Part shown: in pieces, positions 29,743 through 40,760 of the stretch
Numbering within the stretch: position 1 is the stretch's first letter
How the letters are laid out: each line of letters starts with the position of its first letter
Assembly (NCBI GenBank): GCA_002269645.1
Contig: NIVC01001536.1
Span: 1 to 40,760, forward strand
From: Macrostomum lignano
Lineage: Eukaryota
Direction of reading: 5' to 3'
DNA: 40,760 bases
The notes under the pieces: generated by a model
Told to the model about the DNA's origin: nothing
Databases searched by the model: none
What the model saw: the letters and a program-made list of their open reading frames with translations, nothing else
Translations under genes and position numbers: made by a program

Positions 29743-29879
29743 TGCCTTTGTTGGAGCATCATCCAGGGTTGGCTTCTCTTCTGCTCCTTCTTTATGCAGC
29801 TCCCTGTCAGCAAGGCCGGTCCTTTGGCAGCTCTTGTCGAGTCTCTCTCCTGCTTGGTTTTCGTTCGGAGAGCAGCAAA

Positions 29880-30165
29880 GACAGTTCTCATGAGAGCCAC
29901 AGACAGTTCTCGTAGAGAGCCACAGACTCGTAGAGAGCCACAGATAAAGTTCTCATAGAGAGCCACAGACAGTTCTCGTAGAGAGCCACAGACAGTGCTC
30001 GTGGAGAGCCACAGACAGGACTCGTGGAGAGCCACAGATACTTCTCGTACAAAGCCATCATAGAGAGCCAAAGACAGTTCTCGTGGAGAGCCACAGACAT
30101 GACTCGTAAAGAGCCACAGATACTTCTCGTAGAAAGCCACAAACAGTTCTCGTAGAGAGCCACCA
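29880..30165. repeat. Degenerate ~23 bp minisatellite AGAGCCACAGACAGTTCTCGTAG
   Basis: About 12 diverged copies at the 5' edge of the large minus-strand exon. Confidence 0.88.
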
Positions 30166-31445
30166 CGACAGTTGATTAATAGTTATTAATCATTATACAG
30201 TCTAACCCTGTACCGGTAAGCGAAGAGATTCACAAAATCAATAATCGGGGATCTGAGATTCTCACAACTACGCTGACAAGCGGCGCACTGTCCCATGGCT
30301 CGGCGGGAAGCCTCGCAATTTCAGTTTGCGCTAGGAGAAAGCCGGCCCAAATTTCAACTCGGAGAAGCGCGGGAAGGACGGCCTCCAATGTGTGTTGGCT
30401 GCACAAACATTCACAACTGCTCCGGCCCTTTTCCAAGACGCGACACTTTGGCTTTTATAGTACCTGAGCAAATCTTGAGCTTCCCAGATGGGGAACGGAG
30501 TCGCCTCAGGCCCATTTCTTTAGGAGCGCAGTGAGTTGGGGGAGTTGGTGTGGATCTCAGCGCTCCCTACCGCACGCCCTCCAATTGCCAAACCTGCTGA
30601 GAGAGGACGGAGGGGGCGGAAGCAACAGAGATGAGGCATTTTTGTCCGCCAAGCCCGCAGCTTCCCGCGCTGGGAACAATTTTGACTAAATAAAAGGTGG
30701 GCCAGTAAAAAGTTGCAGCCTCACTCAGAGCGGCCATCATCGGGTGAGCGCTGGAGTCGCCTGGGACTGGCGGGCCAGCTGGTTTGACAGTTCTATTGCC
30801 CCGCAATAGATCCGGGAATCAGATCTGCCAGATTAGGAAATGCAACACGGACAATGAACTCGCTAATTTTATGTTAAATGGGAATCAGATTTCAAACAGA
30901 GCCCGTGAGCTGCTACTGAAAGGGGTAGCGAAGAGATCTGAAAGCTGAAAGCTAAATGTGGCCGGTGAAGAATCGCGCACAACTCCAAAGAAGGACGCTT
31001 GCAAGTTGTGCAAAAACTCACCCATTGGCGTGATAGAGTGTACATGCTTGACTATTTGAAAGTCAGGGCCGATGTACACCCTGGTGAGCGTGTGTGCGAG
31101 TGCGGGCCTGCGTACTGTGTGTGCTCGGGAGTCTGCGGAATGGACAGAACTGCCTTAGCGTTGGTTGTATGGCGATGTCACCGATAAAAACCCTACGACT
31201 TGTAAGAGTGTCCTCTGTCTACCTTAGTTGCACAATGATTCAATAGTTATTTAATCAAAAGTTAATGAAGCCATGGTGCATCAGTTTCTTCCTTTTCATG
31301 TTGCCCTAATAGCAAAAGCTAAAACTTTTCACATTAGGGTTACATTCGGATTAAGACTGAAAACGTTCAGTTATCAGCAAAAAAACAAAATCATCGCTTT
31401 CAGCTCCTTTCCATCTTTCAGTCTCTGAGTTGGTCTGACTTTTGA

Positions 31446-32925
31446 TCTTCTGGGCACACTGCGTTTGAGACACACTGCGTTTGAGACACACTGCGTTTGA
31501 GACACACTGCGTTTGAGACACACTGCGTTTGAGACACACTGCGTTTGAGACACACTGCATTTGAGACACACTGCGTTTGAGACACACTGCGTTTGAGACA
31601 CACTGCGTTTGAGACTCACTGACTGCTATGAGACACACTGACTGACTGCTATGAGACACAGTGACTGACTGCTATGAGACACAATGATTTCTATGAGACA
31701 CACTGACTGACTGCTATGAGACACAGTGACTGACTGCTATGAGACACAATGATTTCTATGAGACACACTGACTGACTGCTATGAGACACACTGACTGACT
31801 GCTATGAGACACACTGACTGACTGCTATGAGACACAATGGTTTCTATGAGACACACTGACTGACTGCTATGAGACACACTGACTGACTGCTATGAGACAC
31901 ACTGACTGACTGCTATGAGACACAATGGTTTCTATGAGACACACTGACTGACTGCTATGAGACACACTGACTGACTGCTATGAGACACACTGACTGACTG
32001 CTATGAGACACACTGACTGACTGCTATGAGACACAATGGTTTCTATGAGACACACTGACTGACTGCTATGAGACACACTGACTGACTGCTATGAGACACA
32101 CTGACTGACTGCTATGAGACACAATGATTTCTATGAGACACAATGGTTTCTGAGACACAATGGTTTCTATGAGACACACTGGTTTCTATGAGACACAATG
32201 GTTTCTATGAGACACACTGATTTCTATGAGACACAATGGTTTCTATGAGACACACTGGTTTCTATGAGACACACTGATTTCTATGAGACACAATGATTTC
32301 TATGAGACACACTGACTGACTGCTATGAGACACACTGACTGACTGCTATGAGACACAATGATTTCTATGAGACACACTGACTGACTGCTATGAGACACAC
32401 TGACTGACTGCTATGAGACACACTGACTGACTGCTATGAGACACAATGATTTCTATGAGACACAATGGTTTCTATGAGACACACTGGTTTCTATGAGACA
32501 CAATGGTTTCTATGAGACACAATGGTTTCTATGAGACACAATGGTTTCTATGAGACACACTGATTTCTATGAGACACAATGATTTCTATGAGACACACTG
32601 ACTGACTGCTATGAGACACACTGACTGACTGCTATGAGACACAATGATTTCTATGAGACACACTGACTGACTGCTATGAGACACACTGACTGACTGCTAT
32701 GAGACACACTGACTGACTGCTATGAGACACAATGATTTCTATGAGACACAATGGTTTCTATGAGACACACTGGTTTCTATGAGACACAATGGTTTCTATG
32801 AGACACAATGGTTTCTATGAGACACAATGGTTTCTATGAGACACACTGATTTCTATGAGACACAATGGTTTCTATGAGACACAATGGTTTCTATGAGACA
32901 CAATGGTTGCTATGAGACACACTGA
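31446..32925. repeat. Compound minisatellite (16, 19 and 23 bp units sharing TGAGACACA)
   Basis: CACTGCGTTTGAGACA block, then interleaved CTATGAGACACACTGACTGACTG and CTATGAGACACAATGGTTT variants. Confidence 0.97.
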
Positions 32926-34664
32926 CCTACTTTAAGTAGCGTTGCTCGAATATTATTTGCACGAATAATTATCGGCAACGCTGGCAGAAAAATGAACTCA
33001 GCAGCAGATGAGCGAGCGGACGCTGGTGGCGCCTCAACTCCTTCGGTGAGTGCCAGAGGGATTTATTGTTGCAAAGCAGAAAGCGAGAAACGCTAATTCT
33101 CGGCAGGAATTATCGCTGCTCAGCAGGCGGCTCCGGTTGCTGCTTCTGGCTTCATCGGGCCGCGCAGCCGCTGGCCTGTCCAGCGGAGCAGCAATCGATT
33201 AGCTGAATTATTCAGCTGGGGACCCCCGCTGCCATTGGCATTCAGTTGCTAGAGCTGCCCCCCCCCCACCCCAGTCACCCTCCCGCATTTGTCAGAGCCG
33301 CACAATTGCCAGAATGAACTGCGCCACTGCAGCCTGCAACAGTTTGGCTTCACAGTTTTGGAGGGGTGGAGAGGGAGGGGGCAGCCGTGAGAAATGCGGA
33401 GCTCACAGGCCGCGGGCTCTGTACCTGAAGTAGCTGCAAGACAGCTTTGACAGACTGCATGAGTTGTGAGCTGCGACCAGCTGAGCCAGTGTCCCAGTTC
33501 AGATCGGCTGGGCCTGATCTATCACCCCACCCCAGTGCTATCGCAATGCGCTGGCTGCATGCAGGTGAGCGCAGCGCCTCTCTCTCTTTACGGCTCTCTC
33601 TGTCTGAGGCGCAGTTGCCGGCGGTGCACTGTGGGCGGCCGGGGCTTATCAGTGCTGCCCCAGGCCACGCCCCGCTGATACGGGCCCGACCGGACCGAAT
33701 CTGCTGCGAGCTCGGGCGCCGGCAGCGGCAAAGCGCCCAGTGCCGCACCGGGGCTCCGCGCGCGGAAGAGAAAGCGGCGGCGAGGGCTGGGCTGGGGGAG
33801 GCCGGTTCTTCATAAACACCCGTCACAATATCCCCTTGATCTGGGATCTCAGTTGAAGCGGTGGTCAATAAAGACAGGCCGGAGCCGCTGAGCAGTTGCT
33901 CACCGCCTGGGGCTCTCGGACACGCGCGGAGATGCCCTCCCCCACCCTCCCCTCAACGGCGCACGCACTTTTAGCAATCTGAGGAGATTTCGGCTGTGCA
34001 GCCGCAGCCGGCCCGGCCGACACGGCTGGTCAGATGGATGGCCAGTTGGGGGTGATGCCCGTTCCCTGTCCATTGTCTCTCGACTCCAGGGCAGGGATAA
34101 AACCCACTGCATTCACCTGGCTGACCGAGGCAGCGTCGCACCCCCTCACATCGCTTTTTTATCAATGATCCCCCGCAGCTTCCCGCCCCGTCGCAGCTTC
34201 ATCAATTTAAGTCCCTACGGCCGGCGGTGGTGGAGCTCGACTCGCGAAGCTGAGCTGCAGTCCGTTGCAATACGGTGCTCAGCCCGCTGTGCTCAAGCAA
34301 AAATTTGCAGTTCGCTATCGGAACTCATAAGCTTGCAGTCTGCGCCCGTATTGGCCAGACCTGCCCTGAGCTCCTCGCCCTCTGCTTGACCCGGCACTAT
34401 CAGGGCCGCACTGCGAGCGAGCACCGCCCCCTCCCCCGGCTCACCGCCACCCCTCAGACCCAGCAGAGCCGCCCGCATAATTTTGGGAGCCGCGTGGGCG
34501 AACGGAGCGAGTCGGCAAGGCTCTGGCGGCGGACCAGCAAACTGAACGTCTCTGGGGCGGCTTTTGTTTAATCAGGCGCGCACTTGCCAGCTGAGGAATC
34601 TTTAAGCGAGCCCAGCGACTAACGAGACTCGCCAGCGATGTCTTCGGGCTGATCTGGAGTCTCC

Positions 34665-37600
34665 ATGGCCTTCTACCAGCGGGTTGCCAGACTCCCGCCA
34701 CCAGCCTCCGCGGCCTGCTGTCCTGCTGCTACGGCAGCCGCCAGGGCCGACCGGCCTCGCCAGATGGTCGGCCAGGCAGCCCGCCGCAGGAGGAGGACAA
34801 GGCTGGTGATACCGGTGAGTGCGGGCTGGTGATACCGGTGAGTGCGGGCTGGTGATACCGGTGAGTGCGGGCTGGTGATACCGGTGAGTGCGGGCTGGTG
34901 ATACCGGTGAGTGCGGGCTGGTGATACCGGTGAGTGCGGGCTGGTGATACCAGTGAGTGCGGGCTGGTGATCGCGGTGAGTGCGGGGACTGGTGATCGCG
35001 GTGAGTGCGGGGGGCTGGTGATACCGGTGAGTGCGGGCTGGTGATACCACTGAGTGCGGGCTCGTGATACCGGTGAGTGCGGGCTGGTGATACCGGTGAG
35101 TGCGGGCTGGTGATACTGGTGAGAACTTGTCTTCAAGTAACTTGAGCAGTGATCATTAACCTTGTGCAGATCCATCAGTATTAGGCGGACAATTTCTGCC
35201 ACCAGAGGCCCACTTGAGAAGCCCAGTTCATGAAGCGTTCTAATGAGCAAGGTGGCTGCCGGTGTCACTGAAGCAGCTTCGGTCCCAGCCGGCACTTGGA
35301 GAGCCGATCTCAAAGCACTCCGCAGCCGCTTGCATTCGGCAATGTTTGAGAGATTCGGTACTTTTCAATCAGCTCATAGAAGAGGGCAGGCGGGGAACTC
35401 ATCCCGCGTCAGCCTCCTCCATCTGAGGCTGGAGCTCGGCAGGGTGTCGGGGGGATTTTTGTCATCGCTCTGTCCGCACTTTTCTGTGCCGGGCCGGGGG
35501 GCTGCGGGGCTTCAAAGCTTGGAGCAAACAGGCGGGCCCGGAGACTGGGAGAGCCCGGATGAAGCTCGGGCCGCCGCTCCGCTCCTGTCATGACGGCTGG
35601 CGCTCTGGCTTCCCCTGGGAAGATGAGGGGGGGCACTTCGAGGCCGGGGGGAGGGGAGGGTGGAGAATCGAATCAGCGGTCCGGCAGAAGTCGCTGCATC
35701 CCTCGGGTGCTGGATGGGTGCACTTTGGCGGAGCATCCCCGCCGCCTGTCGAGCTCCTCGGTCGGTCGGCGGCGGTGCCCATCTTCTGAAATCCGACACG
35801 GAGTTCAGATGACACCTGCGAGGCTACGAGGGGGTGGGCGGGGAACTCTCGCCACTCAATCACTTGGGCGCCGGGCCCATCCCAGTAGCTGATTAGCGGC
35901 GCTCGGGCCGAGCCAATTTCCGATAGGCTGCTGCAAAACCATGGGATAATTTCCCATACTGTGGCGAGATGTCCGGCCGATGCCAATCAGACTCGTTGGA
36001 CGCAGACCGCTGGGTGCCAGTGAGCGAGAGAATTCCCCAATTCATCCATTGTGCTGCTGCTTCCCCGTTCGGCATCCGGTTTCCGATATCGGCGTCTGCC
36101 TTCTCTCCTGTCTCCTCTCTCTCTCCCCCTCTTCTTTTCTTTCCTCCCTCTCTATCCGTCGCTCCCCTCCAGATCTTTTCGACCCTCTCTCTCTCCTCAC
36201 CCCTCTCCCCTCACCTCTCTTCTCACCTCTCTCTTCTCATACACACTCTCTCTCTCTTCTCACCCTCTCTCCTCACCCAATCTCTCCTTACTCTCTCTCT
36301 CCTCATCCCTCTCTCTCTTCTCACCCCTCTCTCTCTCTCCTCACCCCTCTCTCTCTCATCACCCCTCTCTCTCTCCTCACCCCTCTCTCTCTCCTCACGC
36401 CTCTCTCTCTCCTCATCCCTCCCTCTCTCTCTCCTCACCCCTCTCTCTCTCCTCACCCCTCTCTCTCTCCTCACGCCTCTCTCTCTCCTCATCCCTCTCT
36501 CTCTCCTCACCCCCTCTCCCTCTCTCCCATGTCTTAATCTTTCCCTCTTTCCCCCAAGAGAGCCTCTTTGCTGCTTCTTCTCCTACTCTGCTTTCATAAC
36601 TTCTTTCTTTCTCTCCTGTCTCGCGCCCCTCCTAACATTTTCTATCTGGGCAATCCATTCAAATGAAAAGCCATCAACTCAAGCTCGAAAAACTTGACCC
36701 AATCGACTCCGTTGCAGAGACCAGAGACTCGAACCACCGGCAGAGCAGCTTGCCGACAGACGAGAACTGCTCAGCGGGCGCCAATGAAGACGGCAACTGC
36801 GCAGAGTCGATGCCAGCTGCCGTGAGCGGCAGCAGAACCGTCGACGGCGGCGCTCCCAGAGACCCCGACGGAATCTCCTCATCTGTGAGCTCTACGATAT
36901 AACCTGGATTTGGAATTGGCTGAAGTTGCTGATCTGAAATATTTCACTTTTGTGTCGGAATAACGGTTTAATTACCTGTCCGAATACCGTTTCACTTACC
37001 TGTCCAAGTACCGGTTCACTTACCTGTCCGAATACCGGTTTACTTACCTGTTCTAAAACACCAAACCCAGCAACCCGCGTGGGCCCCTCCGCCCGGTCCC
37101 CGGCCAGTCGGAGCTCTTGACGTTGGCATTCGGTACGAGTGCGCCGACCGTCAGGTTGTGGTCCGTGTGATTCGAACCCTGGACCTTCGACCAGTTGGCG
37201 CCGTCGACCTGTCGGGCCGGTGGAACTCCGTGCTGGTGTCGCTGGCCCTGCTGCCGGCCAGGAAGCAGCGCCACCAGACTGAGATGGTCAAGGGCGAGTC
37301 TCCAGCCTTCGGCGAGAGCTTCGTGTTCTCTGGAATCTACGCGAGTGAGTTGGTTGCTAGGCAGGTTGCTATGGTAAAATAGGGAGGAGTGAGTTGGTTG
37401 CTGGGTTGCTATGGTAAAATAGGGAGGAGTGAGTTGGTTGCTGGGTTGCTATGGTAAAATAGGGAGGAGTGAGTTGGTTGCTGGGTTGCTATGGTAAAAT
37501 AGGGAGGAGTGAGTTGGTTGCTGGGTTGCTATGGTAAAATAGGGAGGAGTGAGTTGGTTGCTGGGTTGCTATGGTAAAATAGGGAGGAGTGAGATGGTTG

Positions 37601-40063
37601 CTGGGCAGGTTGCTATGTTAAAATAGGGAGGAGTGAGTTGGTTGCTAGGCAGGTTGCTATGGTAGAATAGGGAGGAGTGAGTTGTTTGCTGAGCAGGTTG
37701 TTATGGTAAAATAGGGGAGGAGTGAGTTGGTTGTTAGGCAGGTTGCTATGGTAAAATAGTGAGGAGTGAGTTGGTTGCTGGGCGTAGTGTATAACGACAG
37801 CTCAATCAATCTGACAAACTTTACTGACGCGCCAAAGAAGATCTACGGCTTGCTTGCGCTTGCGAAAAGTACATTGTGACATTTGACAAGCAAATTACTC
37901 GGCAAACAATTTAAAAAGTGAGCTTTCCAATTCCCGATAGAGAGCTCAAGCAGTCGATGAAGGAGTTATAAACTCCCAACTCAGATTCGAAGTCCTGGCA
38001 TTCCGCAAGCCGGATCAATGCGTCAAAGGGGAGTTAAGAGGAGCCAATCAATAATTTAGCAAGCCTGCCAACAGAATTTCTCTTGCACCTGCAGATAATA
38101 TACTCGTAAATCAAAGTACATAGCGAAAGTTCGAGCTGAAAACTCGCTACCTTCCCAGTGCACTGAAATTCAATCGAATAAAAAGTTTCTACGTATGCTA
38201 CTGATAGGCTCAGATAAGTAGCGAGTTTAGCGTGTGCACTATCTAAATTATTTCTCCCAGCATTTCACCGCGGCCTTTCCAACCCCGCAGGCGAACTGTC
38301 CCGCCTGGCCGTCCGGTTCCGCGCCTACGGCTGCGAGCGGAAGCGCCGGAAGCTGCTGATCGGGGAGTGCACCCTGGCGCTTGCCTCCCTGGCCGACTCG
38401 CCCGCCGCCGCCGGAGCCCCGGCCGAAGCGGCCGGCACGGAGGAGACGCTGCAGCTGCCGCTGCTGCCCTGCAGCGGGCCGAGGTCTCACGTGGTAAGTA
38501 GGGGGGGGGGGAGGGGCGGGCCGAGACTCCGAGGAAAGGGAAGCTCGTAGCGGCTTCAGCGGAGTTTGGGTGCCAGGTTTGCGTCAGGGGCGCCAAGCAA
38601 TCATCAGGGGCGCCAAGCAATCATCAGGGGCGCCAAACAATCATCAGGGGCGCCAAGAAATCAACAGGGGCGCCAAGCAATGATCAGGGGCGCCAAGAAA
38701 TCAACAGGGGCGCCAAGTAATCATCAGGGGCGTCAAGCAATCATCAGGGGCGTCAAGCAATCATCAGGGGCGCCAAACAATCATCAGGGGCGCCAAGAAA
38801 TCAACAGGGGCGCCAAGCAATGATCAGGGGCGCCAAGAAATCAACAGGGGCGCCAAGCAAGCATTAGGGGCGCCAAACAATCAACAGGGGCGCCAAACGT
38901 TGCGTCAGGACTGCAAAAGTTTCCCGAATACATGCGTTTCATGAGTATCCCCTTCTACGCCTGCATCCTCACCAACAGCAAGAGTGCAATCTCAGATTAA
39001 AAGTGCACAGCTGAATCACGTGATAGCTGCGCGCCTGTCGGCCTGGCGCGGGGATCGTTAAATTCCATCTGCGACTCCGGGCGGTCGCCGGGCAGTTTTT
39101 ACTGGGGAGGGGGGGCAACAAGTCATGCGGCTAAATGGCCGAATAATTAATCGATAATTGGGGGGGGAGCAGCAATCGCCCATGCAGATGGCCGCTGGTC
39201 ACGCGCAGAGCATAACTGCATAGCCGATGCTCTCAGCTGCTGACTGTTATCTCACATGCAGTCAGCTACATTATTGTCAATGGACAAACTCAAATACTTG
39301 TAAAGGGGTGTGGCTGCGCCACACAGTCTCGCCAAGCGCGAATACTCCTAATACATGCAAACACACAACAAGCTCCAGCAGCATCAGCCCAGCCTCATCT
39401 CCATCATCCTCTCTACTCTTCCCCTTTGCCTGTTCAAATCCCTAATTTGCTTAGAGCCCCGGGTTCGCCTGCCGCCCTTTTGATGCACTTTTAAAGGAAG
39501 AATTGCATTAGACCGAGGACGGGACTCTGCGGGGGGGGGGGCTCGCCATGCGCAACAGGCCGAGCTCGCTTTAGAGAACTGCAGCGCCATGCTGGAATTC
39601 CATTGGCCCCGCCGGCCCGGAAACCAGCTAGCTACTGGAATAAATAACAGTTTTCCTCCCAACAACTGGGAATTGAAAACGATACTCAGGACAGGCCGAG
39701 CAAGACTACTCGATATGACTGACTCAAGTTCTTCCCAGGTCCGGTTCGCAGACTCAATAACTGGTGTACTGAGCGAATGGCTCACGCATTTCTATGGCTT
39801 TGACCCTCGCAGCTTCCCCCTTGAGCATTTACTGTCAATCAGCCAAAAACATTAGCTGTACATTTCCCATCCATTGCCACCTTCCAGGGCTCCGACACCG
39901 GCTTCTCCGAGGCTTCCAGCACGCAGGCCGGCAGCTGCATCTCCGTGATGGGCTCCGCCGAGCTGTTCCTCGGCTCTCGGCTACAACGCCAAGACCGGCC
40001 AGCTTGCCGTCGAGGTGATGAAGGGCAGCGGCTTCCGGTTGCCGGGCAGCTCAAAAGCGCCTG
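34665..40063 (+). CDS. Synaptotagmin-14/16-like tandem C2 protein, 5' part (continues past window end)
   Basis: Confident exons: 37071-37344 (GALDVGIRY..VSLALLPARKQRHQT..KGESPAFGESFVF), 38291-38493 (LAVRFRAYG..KLLIGE), 39888-40063 (ELFLG(L)GYNAKTGQLAVEVMKGSGF; compare SYT14 [25 protein letters not shown]; needs -1 nt at ~39975). Less certain upstream exons 36718-36884 and 34665-34814 (needs +1 nt) are phase-compatible. Confidence 0.82.
34802..35122. repeat. 23 bp minisatellite GCTGGTGATACCG|GTGAGTGCGG spanning an exon-intron junction
   Basis: About 14 copies; the first copy contains the inferred real donor at 34815. Confidence 0.95.
36110..36620. repeat. CT-rich degenerate repeat (CTCTCTCTCCTCACCC-like)
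   Basis: Pyrimidine-rich ~18 bp quasi-periodic tract upstream of the acceptor at 36717. Confidence 0.88.
36965..37050. repeat. 24 bp repeat x4 containing ACTTACCTG
   Basis: ACTTACCTG at 36994, 37018 and 37042, plus a degenerate ATTACCTG at 36971. Confidence 0.9.
37343..37785. repeat. 40-44 bp minisatellite GAGTGAGTTGGTTGCTGGGTTGCTATGGTAAAATAGGGAG starting at the donor
   Basis: About 11 copies; the first begins at the real donor GA|GTGAGT (37345). Confidence 0.95.
38585..38897. repeat. Intronic minisatellite, 20 bp CAGGGGCGCCAAGCAATCAT
   Basis: About 16 copies ~90 nt after the donor at 38494. Confidence 0.94.
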
Positions 40064-40072
40064 GTGAGAATT

Positions 40073-40760
40073 TAGCTGTGATCAATCTGTCACTGTGGTC
40101 AATCTGCCAATCAATCTGTCACTGTGATCAATCTGCTAATCAATCTGCCATTGTGATCAATCTGCTACTGTGGTCAATCTGCCAATCTGTCACTGTGATC
40201 AATCTGCTAATCAATCTGCCATTGTGATCAATCTGCTACTGTGGTCAATCTGCCAATCAATCTGCCATTGTGATCAATCTGCTAATCAATCTGCCATTGT
40301 GATCAATCTGTCACTGTGGTCAATCTGTCAATCAATCTGTCACTGTGATCAATCTGCTACTGTGGTCAATCTGCCAATCAATCTGCCATTGTGATCAATC
40401 TGCTAATCAATCTGCCATTGTGATCAATCTGCTACTGTGGTCAATCTGCCAATCAATCTGCCATTGTGATCAATCTGCTAATCAATCTGCCATTGTGATC
40501 AATCTGCTACTGTGGTCAATCTGCCATTGTTATCAATCTGCTACTGTGGTCAATCTGCCAATCAATCTGCCATTGTGATCAATCTGCTAATCAATCTGCC
40601 ATTGTGATCAATCTGCTACTGTGGTCAATCTGCCAATCAATCTGCCATTGTGATCAATCTGCTAATCAATCTGCCATTGTGATCAATCTGCTACTGTGGT
40701 CAATCTGCCAATCAATGCTGCTACTGTGTCAATCTGCCATTGTGATCAATCTGCTACTTG
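40073..40760. repeat. Intronic compound minisatellite built on a TCAATCTG core
   Basis: Starts ~10 nt after the donor at 40064 and runs off the window end. Confidence 0.95.

Noticed and set aside
35170-35243. Candidate plus-strand exon after acceptor CTTGTGCAG (35169)
   Set aside because: All three frames hit stops within ~75 nt, before a convincing donor.

Overview
Eukaryotic (animal) genomic DNA with GC-rich coding exons and GTGAG-dominated splice donors. About a quarter of the window (my rough sum, ~10 kb) is tandem repeat. The style suggests a macrostomid flatworm such as Macrostomum, but that is inference only. Left to right it holds: a dead DD34D mariner (minus); an orphan terminal exon; a 7-exon ankyrin-repeat gene ending in a polybasic tract plus CaaX box (CAIL); a GC-rich hairpin cluster; an intronless divergent G-protein beta gene; a 3-exon NK7 homeobox gene (minus); the 3' part of an unknown minus-strand gene whose exon carries 67 perfect in-frame TSPVP repeats; and the 5' part of a synaptotagmin-14/16-like gene running off the right end. 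The most striking pattern is that most introns carry their own private minisatellite abutting a splice site, several built from the splice site itself (tandem GTGAG donors), while the ~9 kb intergenic stretch has none. Several 1-nt frameshifts in otherwise intact genes look like assembly indels. Region 30.2-36.1 kb could not be resolved. Exon models were read by eye, and repeat boundaries and copy numbers are approximate unless stated as exact.
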